A stretch of DNA of 64,000 nt, from assembly GCA_044442785.1 (NCBI GenBank), contig JBISJT010000001.1:48831-112830 (forward strand), written 5' to 3'. Positions 22,401-32,918 of the stretch are shown here, one piece after another (the stretch's first letter is position 1; each line of letters begins with the position of its first letter). The position numbers were made by a program, and so were the translations under genes. This stretch comes from Candidatus Makana argininalis (GTDB lineage: Bacteria > Pseudomonadota > Gammaproteobacteria > Enterobacterales > Enterobacteriaceae). The notes beneath the pieces were generated by a model that saw nothing but the letters and a program-made list of their open reading frames with translations, was not told the origin of the DNA and made no database searches.

Positions 22401-22878
22401 ATTTCATAAAAAAAAAAAAACAAAAAATGGAAAAATTATATGTATTTGTATAATAGATGATAGATCTATACGTTTAGAATTAATTTTATTTGAAAATATT
22501 TTTTTAAAATATTCTAATTTAATAGAAAAAAATACTATTATTATAGTTATAGGAAAAATTTTTTATGATAATTTTAATTATAAATTTAAAATGAATGTTT
22601 ATAAAATAAATAATATTAATACAGAACGTGAAAAAAATGCTAAAAGATTAACAATATTAATAGAAAATATAAAATTTAATAAAATTTTATTATATCAAAT
22701 AAAATCATATATAAAACCATATGTATTTGGTTCTATTCCTTTGTATTTTTATAATAAAAATAATCAAGAATATAATTTTTTTAAATTTTTAAATAAATAT
22801 AAAGTAAAAATTACAAATAATCTTTTAAATAATTTAAAAAAAATTTTTGGTGATAAAAATGTTAATATAGAATATTAA
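19402..22878 (+). CDS. dnaE: DNA polymerase III subunit alpha
   Basis: 1158 aa (E. coli 1160). Has the PHP-domain N-terminus FVHLRVHSDHSMIDG, plus GPGRGSGAGSLVAYSL and PDFDIDF. Confidence 0.95.
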   Translation: MSEPKFVHLRVHSDHSMIDGIIKINNLIKTVVNFKMPSIAITDFSNLCGLIKFYIKSYNSGIKPIIGSDVLIYNNIIENETSELTILALNNKGYKNLISMISDSYKNGYNINGPVINQELLIKYNEGLILISGAKNGDLGKCLIRNNLIKIKKCLLFYNKYFKNRYYIELIRTKRNNEEYYISLALNLSKIYGIPLVATNDVRFIKSSDFEAHKIRVAINKGITIKEYEVLNNYSSEQYLKKEKEMLKLFNDIPESLINSVEIAKKCNVTITLDKYYLPVFKTNNISNEEYLNLCAKNGLKKRLKSIFDKKEIRFKQKIIYKQRLKSELKIINKMKFSSYFLIVMEFIKWAKNNNIPVGPGRGSGAGSLVAYSLNITDINPISFGLLFERFLNPERISMPDFDIDFCMEKRDKVIDHVLFKYGKQHVSQIITFGTMTAKAVIKDVGRVLGHSYNFVNKISKLIPNDYGINIEKSLIKSSKLKLLYNNNEEIKILINMAKKLEGTIRNFGKHAGGLIISPSKITDFSPIYCDSDGKNIITQFDKDDIQCIGLVKFDFLGLRTLTVINKTLLMLNNLRIKKKISPIELKYINLNDKKIFNILKKSETTAIFQLESKGMKDLIKRLQPDCFEDIIALVALFRPGPLQSGMVEKFISRKHGREKIYYPDKNCQHDSIKNILNNTYGVILYQEQVMKIAQILAGYTLEKSDILRIAMGKKKRDEMSKQRDFFKKGSIKNGIDSKLSMKIFDILEKFSSYGFNKSHSAAYALITYQTLWLKTYFPSEFLSSVMTSDMDNTSKIVEIVQECVRIGIKILPPNINISEYNFTVNKYGNILYGLGAIKGLGKNTVNLIINSRNKNGKFSGIFDLCSRLDIKKINKNVLEKLIFSGSLDCFGISRYILIHLINYLIKASNQHIKNNFTGQVDMFGILYNNSKYINNLFKCLNNNIQIILDGEIKALGFYLTSHPIMHYLKEIRYFKNITYIKNIKEINQNKIIKTIGLIIFHKKKKTKNGKIICICIIDDRSIRLELILFENIFLKYSNLIEKNTIIIVIGKIFYDNFNYKFKMNVYKINNINTEREKNAKRLTILIENIKFNKILLYQIKSYIKPYVFGSIPLYFYNKNNQEYNFFKFLNKYKVKITNNLLNNLKKIFGDKNVNIEY

Positions 22879-22956
22879 TTCAAAAATATTAAAAATATTT
22901 TAAAAATAATAATTTTTGATATTTAATTAAATTAATTTAAATAATAAAAATAAATA

Positions 22957-23934
22957 ATGAAATGGTATTTTTGGTTAAATAAATATTATAAAAATATAAT
23001 ACATAGTTATAAAAAAATATTTTCAAATCATTCTTTGATAATACATAGTCATTTCCAAAATGGAAAAAAATCATTATGTAATGCTATTATTCGTTGGTTA
23101 ATGTGTCATACACCATATAAAAACAAAAGTTGTGGACATTGTCAAGGATGTAAACTTATGATATATAATAATCATCCTGATTATTATAAATTAGATGTTA
23201 AAAAAAAAATTAGTATAGATGATATTAGATTAATACATGAAAATATATATAACAAATCTAGACAAAATGGTTCTAAAGTTATTTTTTTAAATAATGCGTC
23301 TTTATTATCAGATAAAATATCTAATGCTTTATTAAAAATTTTAGAAGAACCTCCAAAAAATACTTATTTTATTCTTTCATGTAAGTCTTTATTTAAATTA
23401 TCTAAAACATTATTAAGTAGATGTATATGTATATATATTAATAAAATAAACGAAAAAAAATCATTACAATGGTTAAAAAAAAAATTTAACAAATTAAATG
23501 AAATTTCTATTATTACAGCTCTTAGAATATGTAATGGTTATCCATTAAAAGCAAAAAACTTATTAAAAAATAAAAATTGGATTGAAAGAGAAAATTTATG
23601 TATATCATTAAATAATTCTATCATAAAAAATGATTTTGTTTCTTTATTACCTAAATTGATTTGCTATTATGATAATAGATCAATATACTGGTTTATTAGT
23701 TTTATTGTTGATTCTATTAAATATTATTTAAATTTAAAAAAATTTATATCAAATAAAGATAAATTATATATAATTATAAATTTAAATAAAAAATTTAAAT
23801 ATAAAATTCTTTTACATCAATATCAAATTTTATTAAATTTTTTAATAAATTTAAATCATGTTAATAATATTAATAAAGAAATTTTAATATTAAATATTCT
23901 TATTAAAATCGAAAATAATTTTTTTTTAATTTAA
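22957..23934 (+). CDS. holB: DNA polymerase III subunit delta'
   Basis: 325 aa. MKWYFWL N-terminus, zinc module CGHCQGC, HPDYY, and LLKILEEPP. Confidence 0.85.
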   Translation: MKWYFWLNKYYKNIIHSYKKIFSNHSLIIHSHFQNGKKSLCNAIIRWLMCHTPYKNKSCGHCQGCKLMIYNNHPDYYKLDVKKKISIDDIRLIHENIYNKSRQNGSKVIFLNNASLLSDKISNALLKILEEPPKNTYFILSCKSLFKLSKTLLSRCICIYINKINEKKSLQWLKKKFNKLNEISIITALRICNGYPLKAKNLLKNKNWIERENLCISLNNSIIKNDFVSLLPKLICYYDNRSIYWFISFIVDSIKYYLNLKKFISNKDKLYIIINLNKKFKYKILLHQYQILLNFLINLNHVNNINKEILILNILIKIENNFFLI

Positions 23935-23999
23935 AAAAATTCAATATTGTATTTATTTTAAATTAATTTAAATATTTTATAAATAAATTTATAATACAA

Positions 24000-24481
24000 A
24001 TGAAAAAAAAAAAAAAAATAATTTAAGCATAATAACAAAAAATAAAAAAGTATATTTTAAATATAAAATTGAAAAAGAAATAGAAGGTTCTTTGTCTTTA
24101 AAAGGATGGGAAGTAAAATCAATTAAATCTGGTAAAATTGATATTAGTAATAGTTATATTTCTATTAATAATAATGAAGCTTATCTTATTGGTTCTGTAT
24201 TTCAACCTTTAAGTAATGTTTCTTTAATTAAAAAAGAAGACTATAAAAGAAATAAAAAAGTTTTATTACATAAATTTGAAATAAATAAACTTTTATTTAA
24301 AATTAAAAAAGAAAATTGTACTATAATTGCATTATATTTATATTGGAAAAGATCAATTGTTAAAATTAAAATTGGAATTGCTAAAGGAAAAAAAAAATAT
24401 GAAAAAAAAAACCATATTAAAAAAAGAGAATGGAAAATTAATCAGTCTAGAATAATTAAAATTAAAAAAAAATATAATTGA
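24000..24481 (+). CDS. smpB: SsrA-binding protein SmpB; the only ATG is out of frame by one A within an A16 run
   Basis: The track ORF (24092..) lacks about 30 N-terminal residues. The same frame stays open upstream and reads NNLSIITKNKKVYFKYKIEKEIEGSLSLKGWEVKS, versus E. coli [30 protein letters not shown]. ATG 24000 plus A16 (24003-24018) would be in frame with 17 A. The gene is adjacent to ssrA. Confidence 0.8.
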
Positions 24482-24512
24482 TTTTTATCATAATATATAT
24501 TATATTATACGA

Positions 24513-24908
24513 GGGGCTGATTATTGGATTCGACGAAATTTTATATTTTTTAATTTGCATGTCGAGAGATAAAGTAACTCGTTAAAACTAATTAAAATAA
24601 ATGCAAAAGATAAATTCCAAGAATATGTTGCGTTAGCGGCTTAATTCAGAAAATAAAAACTGAATATTCCCTCTTTATTAATTTTATCTCTTAAATATAA
24701 TAAAAGAGGTCATTGATAAGAGATATTACTTGTTTTTTTAATATTTTTTTATATTCTCAAGATAAAAGTATTTTTTCAAAAATATAAATTCTTATAACCT
24801 GTGTATGTCCTTATTGTAAGATATTTTTTAAAAAAAAAGACATTACTAAACATGTAGATATTAAAACAAAATAAATTTCGGACGCGGGTTCAACTCCCGC
24901 CAGCTCCA
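24513..24908 (+). ncRNA. ssrA: tmRNA (SsrA)
   Basis: 5' GGGGCTGATTATTGGATTCGAC and 3' GGACGCGGGTTCAACTCCCGCCAGCTCCA match E. coli tmRNA ends. The internal tag ORF GCA AAA GAT AAA TTC CAA GAA TAT GTT GCG TTA GCG GCT TAA (24603-24644) encodes AKDKFQEYVALAA. Confidence 0.9.
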
Positions 24909-24938
24909 AAAAATATTTATTAATTATTTTTTAAAAAA

Positions 24939-26642
24939 TTAATTTTTAATTAATTTTTTGATATCTTCTTTTGTTGATTTAGATAGAATTTTTTCTACAA
25001 ATTTTCTAGATCTTAACAAACTTGATGTTCTAATAATATTTTTAATACTGGGTATAGAAACAGATGACATACTAAATTCATCTAAACCCATTCCTAATAA
25101 AAGTTTAGTTGCATTTTTATCTCCTGCAAGTTCTCCACACATGCTTATCCATTTTCCAGAAAAATGAGAATATTTTATAACTTTATTTATTAATGAAAGA
25201 ATTGATATTGAAAATGGATTATATAAATAAGAAATATTTTCATTTCCTCTATCTACTGCTAAAGTATATTGTGTTAAATCATTTGTTCCAATACTTAAAA
25301 AATCAACTTCAAAAGATAAATATTTTGAAATCAATGCAGAAGAAGGTGTTTCTATCATAACTCCTATTTCTATATTTTCATCAAATAATATATTTTTATT
25401 TCTTAATTTTTGTTTTATTGAAAATATTTCTTTGTGTAAAAAACGTAATTCTTCTAATTCAATTACCATAGGAAACATAATACATAATTTACTAAATGCT
25501 GATGCACGTAAAATAGCTTTTAATTGATATTTAATAATTTTATTATCAATAATTGATATACGTATGCCTCTACATCCTAAAAATGGATTATCTTCTTTTT
25601 TAGTTTTAATATATGAAATTTGTTTATCACCACCAATATCAATAGTACGTATTATATTTTTTGTATTATTAATGGATTTAGATATATTTTTATATATATT
25701 AAATTGTTCTTCTTCATTTGGTAATGAATTTCTATCCATAAAAATAAATTCAGATCTATATAATCCTATTCCTTCAGATCCATATTTTTTTAATTTAGAA
25801 ATATCATTTATATTATTAATATTTGAACATATTTTTACTTTGTGTTTATCAACCGTTATTGAAGATAAATGTTTAATTTTATCTAATTTCTTTTTTTTAA
25901 TTAAATAATTAGTTTTAATTAATTTTATTTTTTTTATTATTTTAGATTTTGGATTTATATAAATTTTATTATTTATTGAATCTAATATTATATAATCTCC
26001 ATTATTAACATTTTTTGTAATATTTGTTGTTCCTACTATTGCTGGTATTTCTAAAGAACGTGCCATAATAGATGTATGTGATGTTTTTCCACCAATATCT
26101 GTTATAAATCCTTTTATTTTATTTTTATTAAATTGAACAATCTCAGAAGGACTTATATCAAAAGATATTAATATCGAATTTTCATTTATATTTTCTATAT
26201 CAACTATTGGAATATTTAAAATATTTCTTATAAGTCTATCACCTATATCATAAATATCAAAATTTCTTTCTCTAAGATATTTATCTTTGATTGATTTAAT
26301 ACTTTTAATTTGTTTTTGTATTACATTATGAACTGCATATTCTGCACTTATTAAATTATTTTTAATAAAAAACAATATATCTTTTTCAAATTCTATATCT
26401 TCTAAAATCATTAGATAACTATTAAATAGTAATTCTTTTTCATTTCCTATTAATTTATTTTTTTTATTTTTTATTCGTTGTAATTGATTGGATGTTTTAT
26501 TTATTCCAAAATAAAATTTTTTTATTTCTTTTTGTATTTGATATGATTTGATTTTTTTTTTATTTAAAATTATTTTTTTTTTTTTAATTATTAAAGCTTT
26601 TCCAAAAGCAATTCCTGGTGATACTGAAATACCTGAAAACAT
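24939..26642 (-). CDS. ptsI: phosphoenolpyruvate-protein phosphotransferase (PTS enzyme I)
   Basis: 567 aa. Contains GGKTSHTSIMARSLEIPA (active-site His) and FLSIGTNDLTQY. Confidence 0.95.
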   Translation of the reverse strand: MFSGISVSPGIAFGKALIIKKKKIILNKKKIKSYQIQKEIKKFYFGINKTSNQLQRIKNKKNKLIGNEKELLFNSYLMILEDIEFEKDILFFIKNNLISAEYAVHNVIQKQIKSIKSIKDKYLRERNFDIYDIGDRLIRNILNIPIVDIENINENSILISFDISPSEIVQFNKNKIKGFITDIGGKTSHTSIMARSLEIPAIVGTTNITKNVNNGDYIILDSINNKIYINPKSKIIKKIKLIKTNYLIKKKKLDKIKHLSSITVDKHKVKICSNINNINDISKLKKYGSEGIGLYRSEFIFMDRNSLPNEEEQFNIYKNISKSINNTKNIIRTIDIGGDKQISYIKTKKEDNPFLGCRGIRISIIDNKIIKYQLKAILRASAFSKLCIMFPMVIELEELRFLHKEIFSIKQKLRNKNILFDENIEIGVMIETPSSALISKYLSFEVDFLSIGTNDLTQYTLAVDRGNENISYLYNPFSISILSLINKVIKYSHFSGKWISMCGELAGDKNATKLLLGMGLDEFSMSSVSIPSIKNIIRTSSLLRSRKFVEKILSKSTKEDIKKLIKN

Positions 26643-26683
26643 AATTATACCTTATATATAATTTTATTAAAAATAAAAAATTA

Positions 26684-26938
26684 CTAAATTTTTAATATAA
26701 ATTTCACTAAATGATTAATTGCTTTATGTTCATCTTTACCCTCAGCAATAATTTCTATTGTAGTGTTTTTTGATAAATCAAGTGATTGAAGTTTAAAAAG
26801 ACTTTTAGCATTAGCCACTTTACCTTTTGAATTTATTGTTATATCTGAAATAAATTTTTTAGCTTCTATTACTAACATAGCTGCTGGACGAGTATGAATA
26901 CCATTTTCAGCATTAATTTTTATTTTTTTTTGATACAT
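26684..26938 (-). CDS. ptsH: phosphocarrier protein HPr
   Basis: 84 aa. Contains NGIHTRPAA (His15 motif). It lies upstream of ptsI, as in E. coli. Confidence 0.95.
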   Translation of the reverse strand: MYQKKIKINAENGIHTRPAAMLVIEAKKFISDITINSKGKVANAKSLFKLQSLDLSKNTTIEIIAEGKDEHKAINHLVKFILKI

Positions 26939-27181
26939 TTTTAACCCAATTAATAAATTTAATTTTTTTTGTAAGTTATTTTAATTTAAAATAATATTTA
27001 TTATTAAATTAATTTAATAATAAATATTAAATAAAAAATTAATTTTTTAAATTATTTTAATTAATTTTAAATAAAAAAAAACTATTTTCAATATAAAAAT
27101 TTTAATTAAATTAATTAAAATTTTTAAAAAAAATAAATTTATTTTAAAAAAAATATATCAATTTAATTGATGTTTTAATTA

Positions 27182-28186
27182 TTAAATAATTTTGTTATAT
27201 TTTAATTCTTTTTTCACGTAAGCATAATAAATAGGAGCCGCTATTAATCCTTCTAATCCAAATATAGATTTTAATATAATCATAGCTAATAATAATTCCC
27301 ATGATTTGGAATTTATACTTTTTCCTACTATTTCTGCATTTAAAAAATATTCTAATTTATGAATAAATATTAAATATATCAACATAATAATACCAACAAT
27401 AAATGATATATAAAAAGCTGAAATTGTAATCATAGTATTTGAAATAATATTACCTATGATTGGAAATAAACCAAAAATCAAGGTAATTAAAATAAGTTCT
27501 TTAATAAAAGGAATTTTAATTTTAAAAAAAATAAATAAAATTATCATAATAATTGTTGTTAAAATTGTATTTAAAATAGATATTTTAATTTGAGCATAAA
27601 TTACATTACTAAAAGAATCATAAAGATTAATTATTCTTTTAGATAATTGTTTAATAAAATAAGATTGTTTTTTAAATGGTTTATTTAAAGAAACAGATGA
27701 TCCTAAAATTAAACCAAGAAATATCATTATAAATCCATTTAAAAAAGAATTAAAAATTTTTTTGAATACATTTAAATTTGAATTAATTAAAGAAAAAATT
27801 TGATATTTAATTTTTTCTGTACTTTCTGGTAAAAAAGCTGGTAAATAATCTGGAATTATATTTTTAATTATCATAAATATATCACCCTCTGTATAATTAA
27901 AATTATATTTTTTTAATACTTCAAATTTTAAGCAATTAATTAAATTAATAATTCCTATTGAAATTGTAAACATTATTAATAATGTAATTATCGTTATTAC
28001 TATTAATCTAGCCTTATCAACACCCAAATACTTTTCAAGACAAGATGGTGTTAAAAATAAAATTGTTTGATAAATAAAAAAACCTGATATAAAACATGTA
28101 AATAAATGTAATGGGATCATTAAGGTGATAAAAAGAATCATTAACATATACGAAATGAATTTAAGTTTTTTTTTAGTTATGTTCAT
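27182..28186 (-). CDS. AI-2E/PerM (UPF0118) family inner-membrane transporter
   Basis: 334 aa polytopic protein. The C-terminal third (FPIIGNIISN .. HKLEYFLNAEIVGKSINSKSWELLLAMI..FGLEGLIAAPIYYA) fits the family pattern. The specific paralogue is not recognised. Confidence 0.55.
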   Translation of the reverse strand: MNITKKKLKFISYMLMILFITLMIPLHLFTCFISGFFIYQTILFLTPSCLEKYLGVDKARLIVITIITLLIMFTISIGIINLINCLKFEVLKKYNFNYTEGDIFMIIKNIIPDYLPAFLPESTEKIKYQIFSLINSNLNVFKKIFNSFLNGFIMIFLGLILGSSVSLNKPFKKQSYFIKQLSKRIINLYDSFSNVIYAQIKISILNTILTTIIMIILFIFFKIKIPFIKELILITLIFGLFPIIGNIISNTMITISAFYISFIVGIIMLIYLIFIHKLEYFLNAEIVGKSINSKSWELLLAMIILKSIFGLEGLIAAPIYYAYVKKELKYNKII

Positions 28187-28235
28187 TTTATTTCCTGTTA
28201 TTAATAATAAATAAATATAAATATATTTATTTTAA

Positions 28236-28319
28236 AGGAGAAACAGGGATTTGAACCCTGGAAGGAATATTCCTTACGATTTTCGAAATCGTTCCGTTTA
28301 ACCACTCTGGCATTTCTCC
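28236..28319 (-). tRNA. serU: tRNA-Ser (CGA)
   Basis: Reverse complement is GGAGAAATGCCAGAGTGGTTAAACGGAACGATTTCGAAAATCGT + long variable arm + CAGGGTTCAAATCCCTGTTTCTCC. The anticodon loop is TTCGAAA. Confidence 0.85.
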
Positions 28320-28618
28320 TTATTTTATAATAAATAATAATAATTATTAAAATAAAATTTATATAAATTTTATTTTAATAATTATACAACATAATCAAAT
28401 TATTTATTTTATTTTTTAAATTAATTTATTTGATTATGTTTAAATATTTGTAAAATTTGTAATTTAACTAAAAAATTAATAGATTAAATAATATTAGAAA
28501 AATAACTTATTTTTTTTAAAAATGAGTTTATATATTTTAAAACATATATTTATTTTTAATAAATTTATTGAAAAATATTTAAAAATAATATTATTAATAT
28601 TTATTAAATGATAATAAA

Positions 28619-30169
28619 TTAAAATAATTTAAGATTTATAATACGATGTTTAATATCATATCCATAAATTTGAACTTTTAAAAAATTTCCAAATTTTAAT
28701 TTATTTTTTAATTTTTTATTTAATAATTCAAAATTATTTAAATGTCCTTCTATTTCATTATTTAATTTTAATATTAATCCTTTATTAAAAGATATAATTT
28801 TACCTTGTATTATAGATTTATTTTTATTTTTATTTAAATATGTGTTAAATGGATCGTCAAATAATTGTTTAATTCCTAATGAAATACGTTCTTTTTCAGC
28901 ATCAACTTGTAAAACAAAACATGAAATTTTATCACCTTTTTTATATCTAATATTAGATTTATCATAAGATATTTTCCAAGAAATATCTGATAAATGAATT
29001 AAACCATCTATACCTTTATCTAAACCAACAAAAATACCAAAATCAGTTATAGATTTAACTTTACCTTCTACTATATTACCTCTATTAATAGATTTTGAAA
29101 ATTCTTTCCATGGATTTTGCTTACATTGTTTTAATCCTAATGATATACGACGACGTTTTTCTTCTATGTTTAATACCATTATTTCTACTTTATCATTTAT
29201 TTGTACTACTTTTGAAGGATTAATATTTTTATTTGTCCAATCCATTTCAGAAATATGTACTAATCCTTCTATACCTTTTTCTATTTCTACAAAACATCCA
29301 TAATCTGTTAAATTTGTAACTGTTCCGTATTTTTTACAACCTTTTGGATATTTATTTGAAATAGATATCCATGGATCTATTCCTAATTGTTTTAATCCTA
29401 AAGATACTCTTGTACGTGTTTTGTCAAATTTTAAAATTTTAACAGTTATTTTATCACCTATATTAATTACTTCATTAGGGTGTTTAATACGTCTCCAAGA
29501 AATATCAGTAATATGTAACAAACCATCTATACCGCCCATATCAATAAAAGCACCATAATCAGTAATGTTTTTAACAATTCCTTTAATTTTTTCACCTTCT
29601 TTTAAAGTTTTTAAAATTTTATTTCTTTCAATATTATTTTCATTTTCAATAATAGCTTTACGAGAAACAACTATATTATTTCTTTTTTTATCTATTTTAA
29701 TTACTCTAAAATCAAAATTTTTACCTTCTAAATTTATTGTATCTTTCAAAGGACGAATATCTACTAAAGAACCTGGTAGAAAAGCACGAATATTATTAAT
29801 TTCTACTGTAAAACCTCCTTTTACTTTACCATTAATTGTTCCAATAACTGATTTAGATTTTTTATATGATTTTTCTAACATTAACCAATCTTCATGTCTT
29901 TTTGCTTTTTCTCTAGATATTAAAGTTTCACCAAAACCATCTTCTAATGCATCGAGTGAAACATCAACTTCATCGCCAATTTGAATTTCTAATTCTCCTT
30001 GAGAATTAAGAAATTGTTCAATATTTATTACTGATTCAGATTTCAACCCAGTATCTAAAACAACTACATCTTTTAATATAGATATTATATTACCTTTTAT
30101 AATTGAACCAGGTTTAATTTTTGTTTTTTTCATTGATTCTTCTAACAATATAGAGAATAATTCTGTCAT
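28619..30169 (-). CDS. rpsA: 30S ribosomal protein S1
   Basis: Start placed at [26 protein letters not shown] (E. coli [26 protein letters not shown]). The track ORF has a 17-codon upstream extension. Repeated S1 domains are present. Confidence 0.95.
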   Translation of the reverse strand: MTELFSILLEESMKKTKIKPGSIIKGNIISILKDVVVLDTGLKSESVINIEQFLNSQGELEIQIGDEVDVSLDALEDGFGETLISREKAKRHEDWLMLEKSYKKSKSVIGTINGKVKGGFTVEINNIRAFLPGSLVDIRPLKDTINLEGKNFDFRVIKIDKKRNNIVVSRKAIIENENNIERNKILKTLKEGEKIKGIVKNITDYGAFIDMGGIDGLLHITDISWRRIKHPNEVINIGDKITVKILKFDKTRTRVSLGLKQLGIDPWISISNKYPKGCKKYGTVTNLTDYGCFVEIEKGIEGLVHISEMDWTNKNINPSKVVQINDKVEIMVLNIEEKRRRISLGLKQCKQNPWKEFSKSINRGNIVEGKVKSITDFGIFVGLDKGIDGLIHLSDISWKISYDKSNIRYKKGDKISCFVLQVDAEKERISLGIKQLFDDPFNTYLNKNKNKSIIQGKIISFNKGLILKLNNEIEGHLNNFELLNKKLKNKLKFGNFLKVQIYGYDIKHRIINLKLF

Positions 30170-30327
30170 ATTTTTTATTTTTCTTTTTAATTTGAAAATA
30201 AATAATTTTTGAAAAAACATTATTTATTAATTGATAAAATATTTAATTTGTTTTTAAAAAAAAATAAATATATAAAATATATATTTTTAAATAAAATTAA
30301 TATAAATTATTTATACATTATTAATAA

Positions 30328-30786
30328 TTATATACAATAAGGATCATGATATCCAATATTTTTCATAATTTTAGATTCTAAGTTTTTCATATCAATAGCT
30401 TTTTTATATATTAAATGATTATATCCTAAAAGATGTAGTAAACCATGAACAAATATATGTGCCCAATATGATTTTAAATCTTTTTTTTGTTTTTTAGATT
30501 CTAAATATAATAATGGTTTACATATTACTAAATCACCTATAAATAAAGTTTTAAAACCTTTAGGTGTTTCAAATGGAAATGATAAAATGTTAGTAGGTAT
30601 ATTTTTACCTCTGAAATTTAAATTTAACATTCTACTTTCTTCTTTATCTACAATACGTATTGTAATTTTTGATAATTTTTTAATAATAATTAATTCGGAT
30701 GATACCCAATTTAAAAAGATATTTTCACTAGGGATCCATCCTTTTTTATTACAGGATATTTGTATATTTAAAATTAATTTTTTCAT
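30328..30786 (-). CDS. ybeY: rRNA maturation endoribonuclease YbeY
   Basis: 152 aa. Zinc motif HGLLHLLGYNH. Confidence 0.9.
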   Translation of the reverse strand: MKKLILNIQISCNKKGWIPSENIFLNWVSSELIIIKKLSKITIRIVDKEESRMLNLNFRGKNIPTNILSFPFETPKGFKTLFIGDLVICKPLLYLESKKQKKDLKSYWAHIFVHGLLHLLGYNHLIYKKAIDMKNLESKIMKNIGYHDPYCI

Positions 30787-30845
30787 AAAATTTTATTTAA
30801 TATGTAATATATTGCATTTATTTTAAAATAAATTTAATTTTATAT

Positions 30846-32918
30846 TTAATATATTTGAGAACAATCAGTTATTTCTGTAATTATATTGTATATTTTATGT
30901 AATAAATTTATTCTATTTAAACGTAAATGATAGTTTTTAGAAATAATAATAACATTATTAAAAAAAATAGATATTGATTTACTAATCTTGGTAATTTCTA
31001 TTATATAATCAAGATAAAGACCTTTATAAATCATTAAATTTGTTTTTTTAATTAAATTTAATAAATCATATAATAAATTTATTTCATTTGGATCAATTAA
31101 TAAATATTTATTTATATAAATATTATCATAATTAAAATATTTAAATAAAATATTATATATTCTTTTGTTAATTTGAATTAAATTTTTAAATAATTTTAAA
31201 TTAAAAATATTGCTAATTATTTTTAATCTTATATTAAAATCTTCAAGATATTTGTTACTTTTGATTATGGATTTAATTATCTTTTTTTTATATCCTTGTT
31301 TATTATAAAAATTTATTAATTTTGATATAATAAAATTTATTATATTAATTAAAAATTTTTTTGAATTTAATATCTTATTTTTATAAAAAAAAGCTGATTT
31401 ATATACTAATGAATTTATATTAATATTTAAATTTTTTTCTATTATTATTCTTAATATACCTAATGCTGACCTTCTAATAGAGAAAGGATCTTTATTACTA
31501 TTTGAAATTTTTTTAATTGCAAAACAACCAATTATATTATCAATTTTATCTGCTATTGATACAGAACAAGATACTAAATTACTTGGAATTTTCTTTTTTA
31601 ATGAAAGTGGATAATATTGTTCTTTTTGAGCAATACATATTAATTTTTTTTCTTTATCATTATCAGCATAATGCATTCCTATTATACCTTGCATGTTACT
31701 AAATTCAAATACCATTTTAGTAACTAAATCACATTTAGATAATAATCCTGCTCTTTCGGATTGTTTAACATCTGCACCAATTTTATTCGATATCCATGAT
31801 GCTAAATTTTTTATTCTATAACTTTTTTCTTTTAATGTTCCAAGTTTATATTGTAAAAAAATTAAATTTAAATCTTTTAATCTACACTCTAATGTTTTTT
31901 TTTTGTCAATTTTTAAAAAAAAAATTACATCTGAAAATTTAGAATCAATTACTTTGGAAATATCTAATATAATTTTTTTATTACAATTTGATAAAATATT
32001 TACAACAAATATAAAATAACTTAATAAGCAATTATTAAAATTATAAATTGGAATATATTTTTTATAAGATTTCATTATAAATATTAATATTTCATACGGA
32101 ATAGATAAAAATTTTTTTTTAAATTTTGATATTAAAATTATAGGCCATTCCACCAAATAAGTAATTTTATCTATACATTTTTTGTTTATTAATATCTTAT
32201 ATTGTAATTGTTTTTTTAAATTTCTGATTTCTTTTAAAATAAATTTTTTTCTTTGTAAAAAATCAACTATAACACATCCTTTGTAAAATAGAATATTTTT
32301 ATATTGTTCTGCATGTTTAATAAAAATAATTTTACTACCGTTAAATTTATGTCCGTATATTATACGATTTGAATATATTCCTAAAATTTTACCATTGATA
32401 ACTATATCATCTAACATCATTGTAATTGTACGAACAGGTCTGATAAATTTTAGATTATAATTATTATTCCATCTCATAATTTTTAAAAAATTCATATTAT
32501 TTATGAATTGTTTAATAATAATATAAAGTAATTTACTTATATTTTTTCTTTTTAAAATTGATTTATTAAAAAACCATTTACCATTTTTATTAAAAATTAA
32601 TGAAGATTCTTTAATATCAATTCCTATTTTTTTTGCCCATTTTTTTGATTCTTGTGAATAATTATTTGATTTATGATATTGTTCTTTTAAAAATGGTCCT
32701 TTATTTTTAATATAAAAATTTATTTTTTTATAATTTATTCCAGTGATTTTTAATGCAATTCTACATGGTGTTATAAATAAATATATTTTTTTATATAAAA
32801 TAAAATAATTTTTAAATTCATTTTGAATATAGAATTTAAATTTTTTAGAAAAATATTTAAGTTTATTTTGGGGTAACTCTTCTGTACCTATTTCAAATAA
32901 AAAAGTATGATTTTTCAT
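30846..32918 (-). CDS. glyS: glycine--tRNA ligase beta subunit
   Basis: 690 aa (E. coli 689). N-terminal [11 protein letters not shown]. Its start overlaps the glyQ stop (ATGA). Confidence 0.9.
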   Translation of the reverse strand: MKNHTFLFEIGTEELPQNKLKYFSKKFKFYIQNEFKNYFILYKKIYLFITPCRIALKITGINYKKINFYIKNKGPFLKEQYHKSNNYSQESKKWAKKIGIDIKESSLIFNKNGKWFFNKSILKRKNISKLLYIIIKQFINNMNFLKIMRWNNNYNLKFIRPVRTITMMLDDIVINGKILGIYSNRIIYGHKFNGSKIIFIKHAEQYKNILFYKGCVIVDFLQRKKFILKEIRNLKKQLQYKILINKKCIDKITYLVEWPIILISKFKKKFLSIPYEILIFIMKSYKKYIPIYNFNNCLLSYFIFVVNILSNCNKKIILDISKVIDSKFSDVIFFLKIDKKKTLECRLKDLNLIFLQYKLGTLKEKSYRIKNLASWISNKIGADVKQSERAGLLSKCDLVTKMVFEFSNMQGIIGMHYADNDKEKKLICIAQKEQYYPLSLKKKIPSNLVSCSVSIADKIDNIIGCFAIKKISNSNKDPFSIRRSALGILRIIIEKNLNININSLVYKSAFFYKNKILNSKKFLINIINFIISKLINFYNKQGYKKKIIKSIIKSNKYLEDFNIRLKIISNIFNLKLFKNLIQINKRIYNILFKYFNYDNIYINKYLLIDPNEINLLYDLLNLIKKTNLMIYKGLYLDYIIEITKISKSISIFFNNVIIISKNYHLRLNRINLLHKIYNIITEITDCSQIY

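Noticed and set aside
30170-30220. 17-codon N-terminal extension of the rpsA ORF
   Set aside because: The E. coli S1 alignment begins exactly at MTELF (30169). The extension is AT-rich read-through of the leader.
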